The notes: generated by a model from the letters alone, not told the origin. 64,000 nucleotides of DNA from an uncultured Methanosarcinaceae archaeon (GCA_963847185.1 CAWJYV010000008.1:544001-608000); one strand, 5' to 3'; numbered from the stretch's first letter, positions 30,635 through 41,639 are shown. Translations and numbers: made by a program.

Positions 30635-30885
30635 TTAAATTCCTCCAGTAAATACAGAAATCCGAATTTATAAAATACCTCAAGCTAGAAATCAGTAAAA
30701 CTTGATACGCATCATAGATTTGATATACCATTTAAAGAAGACCAAAGTAAAGAAGATTTAAATTAGGGTTAATCGAGTGAATCATGCTTGATCTGAGTGA
30801 GAATCAAGTTATACCAGTGTAAATGATATGTATGATTTGAGATTTGCTTTTCAGATTAAACCTCGACAACCAGAAAAGACAGCTT

Positions 30886-31434
30886 TTATTCTCTTAAATT
30901 ATGCTGTCCTTTTTCAGGTCGAATCCAGGCCATGGGAATATCAGCTTCCAGCTCTCCAGAATTACCTGAGATCCTTTTTTCAAGCCTGCCCTCAGCCTTA
31001 AAACCGAATTTTTTATAAAAATTAATGGCTCTTTGATTGCTTTCCTTTGCAATAAGTTCAACCCTTAAGATTTCTGGGCGTTTTGATTCTACTTCACTTA
31101 AAAGGGTTCCAAATATCAGTGTTCCTATTCCTTTACCCTGATAATCAGGATGTACTGCAATCGTAAGGTCACTGTAGAGATGAGAAAAAACCTGTATTCC
31201 AGGACTGCAGGTGTGAACTTCAGCAATGAGAATTTCAGGATTATCAGGATCTTCAATTGTAAGGATAATACCTGTTTCAAGACATCTTTCAATGAAATTT
31301 CTTATATAAGTTTCATTTACTTCTTCGGCCCTTCTTGCGATTCCGCCTGAACGTGATGCAACAGTCCTGTAAAGGGCCATGATTTTATACAGGTCCGAAA
31401 GTTCGGCTCCCCTGACAATATATTGCATTTGCAT
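30886..31434 (-). CDS. GNAT-family acetyltransferase
   Basis: VHPDYQGKGIG and NQRAINFYKKFGF motifs. Start trimmed to MQMQY. Confidence 0.9.
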   Translation of the reverse strand: MQMQYIVRGAELSDLYKIMALYRTVASRSGGIARRAEEVNETYIRNFIERCLETGIILTIEDPDNPEILIAEVHTCSPGIQVFSHLYSDLTIAVHPDYQGKGIGTLIFGTLLSEVESKRPEILRVELIAKESNQRAINFYKKFGFKAEGRLEKRISGNSGELEADIPMAWIRPEKGQHNLRE

Positions 31435-31693
31435 TTGAACCAATCCCCTTTTCAAAAAAAGCTGCACTACAATATAAAAACATGTCCCTATAAAAGTTAA
31501 ATAACACATTGTGCCAGGCTTATCTAAAGACCTCAAAAGCAAAGAAGGCCTTCAAAGCCTGTAAATCCTTCAAAACCTGTAATATCTACTTTGAAAAAAA
31601 CGCCATTTAGAACCAAAAATTATAGTTAACCTTTTATTCTTTCCTCTCGAGGATATTAGTAATAAGAAACAAAAAGGAATACAATAACATGAG

Positions 31694-32137
31694 ATGACCT
31701 TACTGATGGACGAAATTACTTTTTCTAATATGGGCTCAAGGACGAATTTTGATAAGCGGTGGGCTTTTGAAGTGGCTTATTTTACCAAGAATATTGGGGC
31801 AATTCTCAGAGACCTGGGTGATTTTCTGAACTCCAGGGATTATGTTGAAGTCCGTCTTCTTGCAGCACGGATGAAACAAAAGGCAGAATACGAAAAAACT
31901 ATTCAACCGGATTTTAGCACAGCAAATTATTTTGCAAAAGCTCGGAAGCTATTCAACAGTTTTCTTGATGAGTGCGTAAATTTTGCCGAGCTTATAAGAG
32001 TGACAACGGTACAGGAAGAAACAGGATGTGAAGAACTCCTGGACAAACCGGAGCAAATTCGGAACTCGATCGAAAGATTGAAGCTCCTCAAAGAGATGTT
32101 CACTGAAGAGCTCAAACTCCATGGTTGGTACTACTGA
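31694..32137 (+). CDS. Hypothetical protein
   Basis: 147-aa helical ORF with no recognised motif. Confidence 0.7.
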   Translation: MTLLMDEITFSNMGSRTNFDKRWAFEVAYFTKNIGAILRDLGDFLNSRDYVEVRLLAARMKQKAEYEKTIQPDFSTANYFAKARKLFNSFLDECVNFAELIRVTTVQEETGCEELLDKPEQIRNSIERLKLLKEMFTEELKLHGWYY

Positions 32138-32616
32138 TAATCATTTATTCAAGCATATAGCAGACTTCCTTCATGCAAACTCTTTAAATATATAGCAAAA
32201 TTTATAATACAGGTTATCCTTAGTAAGACAGCAAAGGGTTATATACAGGGAAATGGGTTTACAGAATGAACATTCAAGCGACTAACTATTTAGTCTGCTG
32301 ATTTAGTCTGCCTGTATCACAGGGAAGAATTCAAGAAAGCTTCCGAAACTTATCCAAGAAAATCACATTTTTTGCTGCATAAGTTCTACATCTGTCGGTT
32401 ATGAATTTCCCTGGTCCTTAGGCACCTTTTCGCATCCCCGGGGATATTAACCATTTATACGGCGTGTTTACCTGTTTTAGCTGGTATCATGTATCGATTT
32501 TGATAAGTGGCCTTTTCCATAAAGGAAACTGCCGGGTATGCGGCAGAGAGTATATAAACAGCAGGTCTGCAATTCGCACGACCTGAAGAAAGTAATGTTA
32601 ACACTAGAGTGAGTAC

Positions 32617-34344
32617 ATGGAAAAATTAGCAAAATTCAAAGCACTTGGGCTCTCAGACAGCACATTGAAAGCCCTCAAAAAGAAAGGGTTTGAAGAACCA
32701 ACCCCAATTCAGGAAAAGGTCATTCCGCTTTTTTTGAAAGGAGAATGCGACATTATAGGGCAGGCTCAGACCGGAACAGGGAAAACGACCGCTTTCGGAG
32801 CCCCAATAATAGAGAGGATTCCTGAAAAATCAGGAAAGGTACAGGCAATAGTCCTGACTCCTACCCGTGAACTGGCAATTCAGGTTTCAGAAGAGCTCAA
32901 CTCTTTGAAAGGAGACAAAAAGCTGCACATAGTCCCCATCTACGGGGGACAGTCCATGACCCAGCAGCTTAGAGCACTAAAAAGCGGAGTGGACATTGTT
33001 GTCGGAACTCCCGGAAGGGTTATCGACCACATTGAAAGGAAGAGCTTAAACCTCGGAAATATTGCGTATTTCGTGTTGGACGAAGCCGACGAAATGCTGA
33101 ACATGGGTTTCATAGACGACATAAAGGAAATTTTAAAGGCAACTGGCCCTGATAAAAGAATGCTTTTCTTTTCAGCAACAATGCCAAAAGCAATCCTTGG
33201 AATCGTCAAGAAGTATATGAAAAACTATGAGCACGTTACCATAGAAAAAGAGGAACTTATTGCAGAACTAACTGAACAGATCTACTTCGAAGTTAGGGAA
33301 AGCGATAAATTCGAAGCCCTCTGCAGGATTATAGATATTGAGGATGAATTCTATGGGCTCGTGTTCTGCCGGACAAAAATAGACACCAGCCAGCTTGCCC
33401 AGAAGCTTGGAGACCGCGGGTATTTAGCCGATGCCCTTCACGGCGATCTCTCCCAGAATGAGAGGGAAAAAATCCTCAACAAGTTCAGGAAACAGAAGAT
33501 AAATATCCTGGCAGCAACTGATGTTGCGGCAAGAGGTATAGATATCATGGATCTTACCCATGTTATCAACTATACTCTTCCTCAGGACCCTGAATCCTAC
33601 GTTCATAGGATTGGAAGGACAGGAAGAGCAGGCAAACAGGGAACTGCTGTTACCTTTGTTACATCCTCGGAATACAGGCGGCTCACCTACATAAAAAAGA
33701 CTTCAAACTCAGAAATGAAGAAAGGAAAGCTGCCTGAAATAAAAGATGTGATAAAAGCCAAAAGGACAAGAGTGAAAGCAGAACTCGAATCCACAATAAA
33801 AGCAGAAGAATACGGGGACTGCCTTGAGATGAGCGAAAAACTCCTCGAAGAATTCCCCGCAGAAAAAATCCTGGCTGCTCTCCTGAAATACGCTTTCAAG
33901 GAAATGTTCGACGAAAGCATATATGGAGAGATTTCATCCAGTTCCAGCAGTTCATATGTCGACAGAACAGGCAAAACCAGGCTATTCATTGCCATGGGAA
34001 AAGTCGACGGCATGACCCCTGACAAGTTGGGCGAGTTCATCCAGGAAGAAACAGGAGACAGCGAACTGAAAATAAAGGACGCGGAAATTTTCCCCCACTT
34101 CTCCTTCGTAACCGTCCCCTTTGCCCAGGCCGAAGCCCTGCTCGAAATCTTCAAAAACAAAAAGAGAGGAAGGAAACCCTTTGTAGAGCTTGCCCAGAAA
34201 TCCAAGGGAAGAAGCTCAAAGAGTTCCGAAGATTCTCGCGGTGACAACCGTAGAGACAACCGCAGAGATTATCGCGCGGACAGCTCAGGTAGCACGAAAA
34301 ACACAAGAAATACAAGAAGTACAAGAAGAAAAGATTCTTCTTAA
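32617..34344 (+). CDS. deaD: DEAD-box RNA helicase (DeaD/CshA type with DbpA-like domain)
   Basis: AQTGTGKT, PTRELA, DEAD, SAT and HRIGRTGRAG motifs, with a basic tail. Confidence 0.95.
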   Translation: MEKLAKFKALGLSDSTLKALKKKGFEEPTPIQEKVIPLFLKGECDIIGQAQTGTGKTTAFGAPIIERIPEKSGKVQAIVLTPTRELAIQVSEELNSLKGDKKLHIVPIYGGQSMTQQLRALKSGVDIVVGTPGRVIDHIERKSLNLGNIAYFVLDEADEMLNMGFIDDIKEILKATGPDKRMLFFSATMPKAILGIVKKYMKNYEHVTIEKEELIAELTEQIYFEVRESDKFEALCRIIDIEDEFYGLVFCRTKIDTSQLAQKLGDRGYLADALHGDLSQNEREKILNKFRKQKINILAATDVAARGIDIMDLTHVINYTLPQDPESYVHRIGRTGRAGKQGTAVTFVTSSEYRRLTYIKKTSNSEMKKGKLPEIKDVIKAKRTRVKAELESTIKAEEYGDCLEMSEKLLEEFPAEKILAALLKYAFKEMFDESIYGEISSSSSSSYVDRTGKTRLFIAMGKVDGMTPDKLGEFIQEETGDSELKIKDAEIFPHFSFVTVPFAQAEALLEIFKNKKRGRKPFVELAQKSKGRSSKSSEDSRGDNRRDNRRDYRADSSGSTKNTRNTRSTRRKDSS

Positions 34345-34480
34345 ATTTCTTATTTTATTTCCCTTCTTTAATTACTTTATTTTCAATTCCTTTTTTCAGG
34401 ATTTATGGGGCTTTAAGTTTCAGAAATTCCAGTAAATAAAGACTATAAACTTAATATTGCTAAATGAGAGACTCAATTAC

Positions 34481-34843
34481 TTATTTCCCAAAAAACGTTT
34501 TTAGTCCTATTAGAATAACAAATATTCCAAAAGTTTTTCTCATTACATCAATCGGAAGCGTATTTGCGAATTGTGCCCCGAATTTAGCACCAATAACCAT
34601 TGCAAGGCAAATAATTATGCCCGCATATAAATCGACATTTCCTCTTTTATAGTATTCAAGAAATGCAAGTATGCCAACAGGTGGAAGCAGCGCAACCAGA
34701 GAAGTCCCCTGGGCTTTCAGCTGGGAAAATCCTTCTAAAAACACTAATGCAGGGATGATTATAACCCCGCCTCCAATTCCAAATAATCCACTTAAAACAC
34801 CTGCGACAATACCAATTATTAAATAAATTATTATATTGTTCAT
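34481..34843 (-). CDS. TauE/SafE (TSUP) family half-size membrane protein
   Basis: SGLFGIGGGVIIIP...AQGTSL. Confidence 0.85.
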   Translation of the reverse strand: MNNIIIYLIIGIVAGVLSGLFGIGGGVIIIPALVFLEGFSQLKAQGTSLVALLPPVGILAFLEYYKRGNVDLYAGIIICLAMVIGAKFGAQFANTLPIDVMRKTFGIFVILIGLKTFFGK

Positions 34844-34879
34844 AAAGTTACATACTCCAGATATATTTTGGAAATACGG

Positions 34880-35581
34880 TTATTTGATACAGTAAAAGCC
34901 AGCCTGCAGGTAAGAGTACCAGAATAACTCCACTGTCCTGAATCCTGTTTCCCTAAGCAGTTTCAGATGCTCTTCTACAGTTATTGGAAAATATTCGGTA
35001 TCGAAACGCTTCAGATGTTCTTTTACTTCTTCCTCTGTCCTGCCATGAGTTAATTGAAACCTGCTCCAGTACCGCTTTCCTACTTCGGTTCCTTCTTCTG
35101 TTAGCGGCCTGATGTTCTCGAAGGTAATGTAAACTCCACCTTCTTTCAGCAGATTGTAACACATGGCAGTAGCTCTTGCTCTTCCCTCGCGGTCAAGGTA
35201 GTGATGGCACTGTATAGCTGTGATAATATCCGGTTTTTCTTCCAGCTCCTGAGAGAAGTCCTGTGTAGGGGAAGCTTTCAGAAATTCCAGCTTTCCAGCA
35301 GTGTAAGAAGATAGTTTTTTCGTTGCCTGATCAAGCATACCCTCCGAAGGGTCAAGCAAAAGGAACTTTGTATCGGGAAACTCTTCACTGGCCTTACTAA
35401 CCAGAGAACCAGTTCCGCATCCCGTATCCATCCATAATTTAGGGCTGAATGGAAACGATTTAACAAAATTGATAGTTTCCTGATGAAAAGACAAGTAGTA
35501 AGGAAGAACACTGTATATACGGGCATCGTAATCCTCAGGAAGATGAGGAGTAGCATTTTGAGCAGGTTTAGAAGAAGTCAT
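34880..35581 (-). CDS. Class I SAM-dependent methyltransferase
   Basis: MDTGCGTG, LDPSEGM, CHHYL and LKEGG motifs. Confidence 0.88.
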   Translation of the reverse strand: MTSSKPAQNATPHLPEDYDARIYSVLPYYLSFHQETINFVKSFPFSPKLWMDTGCGTGSLVSKASEEFPDTKFLLLDPSEGMLDQATKKLSSYTAGKLEFLKASPTQDFSQELEEKPDIITAIQCHHYLDREGRARATAMCYNLLKEGGVYITFENIRPLTEEGTEVGKRYWSRFQLTHGRTEEEVKEHLKRFDTEYFPITVEEHLKLLRETGFRTVELFWYSYLQAGFYCIK

Positions 35582-35968
35582 AAAGAAAGATCCTCTTAAC
35601 TAATTATCTGATGAAGCTATTTCTCTTTTTTCCACAGTTTAAAGTTATAATTACATTCTCTCAAAGATACATCCATTTTTTCTCCCATCTCCTTAAGGCT
35701 ATAAAAACTATACATCATTTAATATGTAACTGTTTGCAATTTGGGCCGGCCGCAGACATAAACGATTTTATGAAAAGTTAGAGAAGATAACTTGGGAGTG
35801 ATATCACTATTTCAATACAACAGTGGTACCTATCTAAAAACTTCTCAATTATTCAGGCTTTTTTTCTGCTTAGAAATTAACTTTCTGACGTTTAACCGTC
35901 CACTGAAAACAAGTCATCTTATTCAGAAACATTGTACTGAAAAGCCGAAAAATTAAAATCAAAAGAAC

Positions 35969-37321
35969 TCATTTTTGAGGCTTGATTATCACTTTTGTAT
36001 ATCCATTCGCACGTTGGTCAAACTCTCTATAAGCTTCAGGTGCTTCTTCCAGGGAGATTGTGTGGCTTATAATAAAGCTGGGCTTTGCTATTCCGGCAAT
36101 TATCATATCTCTAAGCATAAAAACGATGTGCTTTACTGGTGTCTGGCCCGTTCCAACGCTTATGCCCTTTTCCCAAAGATTTCCAAAAGGAAGCATATAT
36201 TCTCCTTTCTTAGCATGTTCATCAATTCCTCCAGGATCATCCGACGTAAAGACTCCAATAACACCGAGATGCCCGGTTGGATTGATTAATCTTATCAGGT
36301 CATTTATCACCTGGGTGGGGTTTTCTTTCGAAGGGTTATTCCTGTCCCTGGCCTGATAGCCGACTGCATCTATGCCGCACATAACTCCTTTCATTTTATC
36401 CTCGCCTGGAAGTAGCGATTCCAAATTTGCCGGGTTAGAAGCCCTTAACATTTCGATCATAGCTACCGGGTCGCTCTTGGTAACGTTGATATCGGTACCT
36501 ATGCTCTTGGCCATATTTTCTACAGCGGACAAAATTTCATGCATTTTTTTCTCTTTTGGCAATAAAGTATCTACAGCTGAATATTGAGATCTTAATGCCT
36601 CGATCATAGCTACCGGATCACTCATGGTAAAATCAATGGGGATGGCACCGATATTTTTTGCCAGTTCTAACCTTTCAGAGATATAGTCGACCACAAATAC
36701 CTGGGATGCCCCTTGCAGGAGTGCGGAATAAGCTGCAAGCAAACCTACAGGGCCCGCGCCGAAAACAGCTACAGGTAGTCCCGGCTGTACCATTGCCAGC
36801 TGCGTGGCGAAGAAGCCTGTGGGAAATATATCAGCTAGCAGGACAAAATCATCTTCCCATTTATCTCCAGGCAATCCCGGAAGTTTAGTACAGTTAAGAT
36901 CGGCAAAAGGTACCCTCAGCATCTCAGCCTGTGCGCCTTTATATGGGCCCATTTTGGCATATCCAAAAGCTCCGCCTGCTATTTCAGGATTAACCGTCAG
37001 GCAAGCGCTGGTAAATCCCCGAACACAGTTCATACAATGCCCGCAGGCAACATTGAAAGTAACAACCACACGGTCTCCTTTCTTAAAAGAAGTTACGGCG
37101 TCTCCAACTTCTTCTATTATTCCCATGGGTTCGTGTCCCAATACTATGCCTGGTTTTGCAACTGTTCTTCCTTCATACATATGAAGGTCACTTCCGCAGA
37201 CAGCAGTCGAAGTAAGCCTAATTATGGCATCACTAGGATGTTCTATCTTTGGATCTGCTACTTCTTCCACAGCAACTTTTTTTGGCCCCTTATAAACAAT
37301 GGCTCTAATAAAACCACCCAC
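35969..37321 (-). CDS. Glutathione-independent formaldehyde dehydrogenase-like Zn-dependent dehydrogenase
   Basis: CGSDLHMY, GHE, CGHCMNC...C, LADIFPTG and GAGPVG motifs; contains an internal duplication. Confidence 0.9.
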   Translation of the reverse strand: MGGFIRAIVYKGPKKVAVEEVADPKIEHPSDAIIRLTSTAVCGSDLHMYEGRTVAKPGIVLGHEPMGIIEEVGDAVTSFKKGDRVVVTFNVACGHCMNCVRGFTSACLTVNPEIAGGAFGYAKMGPYKGAQAEMLRVPFADLNCTKLPGLPGDKWEDDFVLLADIFPTGFFATQLAMVQPGLPVAVFGAGPVGLLAAYSALLQGASQVFVVDYISERLELAKNIGAIPIDFTMSDPVAMIEALRSQYSAVDTLLPKEKKMHEILSAVENMAKSIGTDINVTKSDPVAMIEMLRASNPANLESLLPGEDKMKGVMCGIDAVGYQARDRNNPSKENPTQVINDLIRLINPTGHLGVIGVFTSDDPGGIDEHAKKGEYMLPFGNLWEKGISVGTGQTPVKHIVFMLRDMIIAGIAKPSFIISHTISLEEAPEAYREFDQRANGYTKVIIKPQK

Positions 37322-37761
37322 AACTTGAGAACTTACTCTGCATTAATACCTTTTTTCAGCAAAGAGTAGCCCTTCTTTCTATTTTTATAATAATTATGTG
37401 TATAAAATACATAAATCCATATATCACTTACAGAATTAAATATAAGGATCTCAAATTAGGTTTTCTTAATAAAGAGTGAATTATCAAAAAAATAGAGCTT
37501 CTGATCATCAACTTAATCCAGACAGAGTAAACCATAGTTATAACAACAGTGTGTGAATCCATTCGTTTAGAAAATCAATATTTATCAGTTCTGAATGGCC
37601 ATTTCAAATTGTCTTGAAATAGATATATATTTAATAATTTCAGGTATTATTGTTTTATCATACTTTATATCCCGAAATTATTTTTTAGTTTTAAGTATAA
37701 AATTTAGAAATGAAAATCTATCAGAAGACTTTCCAGAAGCAAAAAAGGAGTTATTTTCGTT

Positions 37762-39690
37762 ATGCATTACAGCCTTGGAATTGATGCTGGAGGCACCTAC
37801 ACTGATGCAGTACTCATTAGAGATTCGGACGGCGCCATAGTAGATTCAAATAAAGCACTAACTACCTATCCCGATCCGCTTGAAGGCATCAAAAAAGTAA
37901 TAGATAGTCTCAATACAGAATATTTAGAAAATGTAAGGTTGATTTCGGTTTCAACGACCCTTTCAACCAATACTATCCTTGAAGGTACAGGCTTTCCCGT
38001 AGCCCTGATTCTTATAGGAGACCACCCTCTAGAAAAAGAATTGCCAACCCGACATGTGCTTTTCGCATCAGGTGGACATAATCATAATGGGGAAGAAGTT
38101 GCTCCTCTTGATCTTATGGCTATTGAGAAATTTGCCCTGCAGGTAAAAAATAAGGTTTCAGCCTTTGCCATATCATCATACTTCAGCACAAGAAATCCTG
38201 AACATGAAATTAAAGCAAGAGACAGAATTCTTGAACTTACCGGGCTTCCTGCTGTTTGCGGCCATGAGCTTTCTCAACAACTTGGAGCTTACGAGAGAGC
38301 AGTAACGGCTTTCCTCAATGCCCAGTTGATTCCTATAACAAGGCAGTTCGTGCAGTCTATAATTTCGGATATCACTAAACGTGGAATCAATGCCCGGCTC
38401 CTTATGCTCAAATGCGACGGATCGGTGGTAGGGATAAAAGATGCCCTGAAAAAACCGATAGAAACTATCTTTTCCGGCCCTGCAGCAAGCCTCGTGGGAG
38501 CCTCTTACCTATCAGGGTTAAAGACCTGTGCGGTTGTGGATGTAGGGGGCACAAGTACGGATATCTCCTCTATCTGTATGGGCGTTCCTGACCTGAGCGA
38601 GGAAGGAGCTGTAGTAGGAGGCTGGAAAACCCGCGTTCGGGCAATACGTATGGAGACAACGGCTACAGGTGGGGACAGCCATATCTGGACAGTGAATAGA
38701 GAGCTTTTCCTTGGGCCAAGACGAGTTATTCCTCTGGCAGTAGCTGCAGTGAAGTACCCGGGATTTCTGAATGACCTCAAAAGAAATTCCATGCCTCTAA
38801 GAGAAGACCTTTGTGAAAACATTCAGCCCACTAAATTTTTCGTAAGATCAGGCTACCCGGCAGGCGAACTGAGTAAAGCCGAAGCTGAAGTGCTGGAGGT
38901 AATAGGAGAAAAACCCGTTTCTGTGTTTGAAATTTCATCCCTTATAAGAAAAGACCTTCACCCTCAGACTCTTGACTCTCTTATTAAAAAACGCCTTGTG
39001 CAGGCAATAGGATTTACACCTACCGATGCTTTGCATGTGCTCGGAGAATACGCAGCCTGGAATGAAGAAGCTTCCCGTATCGGTGCTGAAAGGCTTGCAA
39101 GACTCATGCGCATGACGCCTGGAGAATTCTGCATTGCAGTAAAAAAGAAGGTTGCCAGGAATATGGCACTTCACCTGCTCTCGTATATTCTGGCAGGCAT
39201 TCCTGAAGACGCTATTGCAAAAATTCTTGATGGAAATTATCCTGCGAAATTCAAGCTTGGAATCCCGGTTGTACTGCTTGGAGGACCTGTTAGGGCTCAC
39301 AGAAAAGAACTTGAAGAATTGATAGATGCAGAAATCCTTGTCCCTGAATATGCCGAAGTAGGAAATGCCGTGGGGGCGCTTGTAGGAAAAGGCATCAAAA
39401 GAGTTGAAATCCTTATAAGGCCGGCAAGCCTCATGTCTCCGGATAAAGATTTCCTTGTCTTTGCACCGGGCAGCAGACTGAAATTTGAGACTTATTCCGA
39501 AGCTCTGGAAACAGCAACGGAAACTGGAAAAAAGCTTGTTTCCGCTTACATGAAAGACTGCGGTCTCAGCGGAGACCAGGTAGAAATCTCAGTTGAGAGA
39601 AAGACTATCTCTCCTGATGGCTGGAACCATCCCCCAATGGAAACAAATCTGCTGGTGATGGGAGTAGGGATAAGGGAACTGCATGTTTGA
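37762..39690 (+). CDS. Hydantoinase/oxoprolinase family protein
   Basis: GIDAGGTYTD, SGPAAS, DVGGTSTD and VGNAVGA motifs. Confidence 0.9.
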   Translation: MHYSLGIDAGGTYTDAVLIRDSDGAIVDSNKALTTYPDPLEGIKKVIDSLNTEYLENVRLISVSTTLSTNTILEGTGFPVALILIGDHPLEKELPTRHVLFASGGHNHNGEEVAPLDLMAIEKFALQVKNKVSAFAISSYFSTRNPEHEIKARDRILELTGLPAVCGHELSQQLGAYERAVTAFLNAQLIPITRQFVQSIISDITKRGINARLLMLKCDGSVVGIKDALKKPIETIFSGPAASLVGASYLSGLKTCAVVDVGGTSTDISSICMGVPDLSEEGAVVGGWKTRVRAIRMETTATGGDSHIWTVNRELFLGPRRVIPLAVAAVKYPGFLNDLKRNSMPLREDLCENIQPTKFFVRSGYPAGELSKAEAEVLEVIGEKPVSVFEISSLIRKDLHPQTLDSLIKKRLVQAIGFTPTDALHVLGEYAAWNEEASRIGAERLARLMRMTPGEFCIAVKKKVARNMALHLLSYILAGIPEDAIAKILDGNYPAKFKLGIPVVLLGGPVRAHRKELEELIDAEILVPEYAEVGNAVGALVGKGIKRVEILIRPASLMSPDKDFLVFAPGSRLKFETYSEALETATETGKKLVSAYMKDCGLSGDQVEISVERKTISPDGWNHPPMETNLLVMGVGIRELHV

Positions 39691-39785
39691 GAACTGAAAG
39701 GGAAGAAGAAAAAAGGAAAACAAAGAAAAAGGAAAGGGAAAAAGAAAAGAGGAAAAGAAATAACCTGTCAGAGGGGAAGAAAATC

Positions 39786-40487
39786 ATGAAACTCCTGTTG
39801 ATTGCCGACATCCACGGAAACTATGAAGCCCTGAAAACTGTTCTTGAAGTTCCTCACGACCGATCTATCTGTCTCGGAGATATTGTTGATTATGGGCCTG
39901 ATCCGGATAAATGCATTGACCTCCTGCGTAAACGGGCAATTCCTACAATAAGGGGAAATCACGATAATGCAGTTGCTTTTAAGGCGGACTGCCAGTGCGG
40001 ATATAAATATAAGCATCTATCAGTTGCAACACGGGAATACACCTGGAATATTCTTGATAGAACCAGGATGGAGTATCTGCAGAAGCTCCCTTTCCTGATC
40101 AGAGAAGAAATTGATGGAAAAAGACTTTATCTGACTCATGCAAGTCCCCGCTCCATGTTCGAATACATAAAACCCGAAACTCCGGATGAAGATATTCAAA
40201 ATATGATAAATGAAGCAATGGAGCCCATGGAAGCAGAATTTCTCGTAATTGGGCATTCCCATATCCCCATGAACAGAAAACTCGGAAATCTGACAATAAT
40301 AAACCCAGGTTCGGTAGGACAACCGAGAGATGGAGATAACAGAGCAAGCTGTGCTGTATTTGATACAGAAAAAGGAAAAATAGAACACTTCCGCCTTGAT
40401 TATGACATTGATTCTGTCTGCGCAAAGATAAAAGAAAGAATGTCGCATGCAGAAGAACTGATAGCTATTCTCAGACGGGGATACTGA
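39786..40487 (+). CDS. Calcineurin-like metallophosphoesterase
   Basis: ADIHGN, GDIVDYG, GNHD, GHSH and NPGSVGQPRDG motifs. Start trimmed to MKLLLIAD. Confidence 0.92.
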   Translation: MKLLLIADIHGNYEALKTVLEVPHDRSICLGDIVDYGPDPDKCIDLLRKRAIPTIRGNHDNAVAFKADCQCGYKYKHLSVATREYTWNILDRTRMEYLQKLPFLIREEIDGKRLYLTHASPRSMFEYIKPETPDEDIQNMINEAMEPMEAEFLVIGHSHIPMNRKLGNLTIINPGSVGQPRDGDNRASCAVFDTEKGKIEHFRLDYDIDSVCAKIKERMSHAEELIAILRRGY

Positions 40488-40572
40488 GAGAATTAAAAAA
40501 TAATAAGTAGATAAGCGATAGTAGGAGAAGAAAATAAAAAAAGTAGTAAAAGAAACTGGATAGATGATTGAT

Positions 40573-40971
40573 TCAGGCTTCTTTTATTGCACGTATAATT
40601 TTGTCTATATACTCAGGTTTCACATCCGAAGGCATGGTTTTTTCAATCCCTAGTTCCGTGACCATCATATAGATATCTGCCTTGAGACCGGCTTCTTCAA
40701 GTTTTTTTGTCGCACATTGATCCGTGCAGCCGTCAAGAGCTAAAATTCTAAAGCCATCTGATATTGCATCTTCTACAGAATCAATTCCTTTGTGAGCAGC
40801 TGCAATCCTGTACATATCCGGCCTCCTGAAAGCAAGAACTGAAGCCGCCTGCATTGTAAGTTTTCCAGTATTTGAAAGACCTGAACAGGCGAAAATAAGG
40901 GTATTTTTCCTTTTTCCTGGGGCAGATTCTTTTTCTTTTTCCTTTTGAGGCAAAATATCTGTGTTTTCCAT
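40573..40971 (-). CDS. DGC-domain putative zinc-binding protein
   Basis: FACSGLSNTG and LDGCTDQCA motifs. Confidence 0.8.
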   Translation of the reverse strand: MENTDILPQKEKEKESAPGKRKNTLIFACSGLSNTGKLTMQAASVLAFRRPDMYRIAAAHKGIDSVEDAISDGFRILALDGCTDQCATKKLEEAGLKADIYMMVTELGIEKTMPSDVKPEYIDKIIRAIKEA

Positions 40972-41138
40972 TCTCGCATATCCTGCTTATATTTCAACCT
41001 TAATTAGAGAATTTCAAAAAAGATTGAAATCAAAATTTACACATGACCTGATATAAATTTCGGTATTTTCCATTTAGAGAGATACAACTTATCTGACAGG
41101 GAATATGCTAAAAAAGCAGAATAAACTGAAAAAATAAA

Positions 41139-41639
41139 TCAGCATATTTGAAGTTCCGTAATTTCGACATTAAGGTTTGCAGCCTCAAGAATTGCGACAG
41201 TCGCTTTTCCGGAAAGAACCCCTGAGCATTCTCCGGGATTTATTACAGGCGTTCCCTCGATTATTTTGACACCCGGATCATGAGAATGTCCCCGGATTAC
41301 CACATCAAACTCCCCTGACTTAGCAAGAGCTTTGACCAGAGCTTCATCTGTTCCATGCAGCAGAGCGATATGTAGCCCGTCAATTATCAGGTCCCCAAAA
41401 TCTCCGCAAACAGTAGCCCCGATTTCCTCAAACCTCTTTGTAAGCGTTAGTTTGTCTCCGTCGTTGTTTCCGAATACAAAGTAAAATTTTGGTTTTAATT
41501 CCTTAAAAGCCCTTGCAGTGAAAGGAGAGATAAGATCTCCTGCGTGCAGTACAGCTTTTACCTCTTTCTCGTTAAAGAATTCTACAGCTTTCCGGATAGC
41601 GTTCATGTTGTCATGTGAGTCCGAAAGAATCCCAATCAA
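41139..41639 (-). CDS. YfcE/MJ0936-type metallophosphodiesterase
   Basis: SDSHDN, HAGD, GNND, GHSH and NPGE motifs. Confidence 0.9.
   Translation of the reverse strand: MIGILSDSHDNMNAIRKAVEFFNEKEVKAVLHAGDLISPFTARAFKELKPKFYFVFGNNDGDKLTLTKRFEEIGATVCGDFGDLIIDGLHIALLHGTDEALVKALAKSGEFDVVIRGHSHDPGVKIIEGTPVINPGECSGVLSGKATVAILEAANLNVEITELQIC

Noticed and set aside
39687-39785. Lys/Glu-rich N-terminus of the phosphoesterase
   Set aside because: It is translation of a purine-rich intergenic tract; the domain starts at MKLLLIAD.
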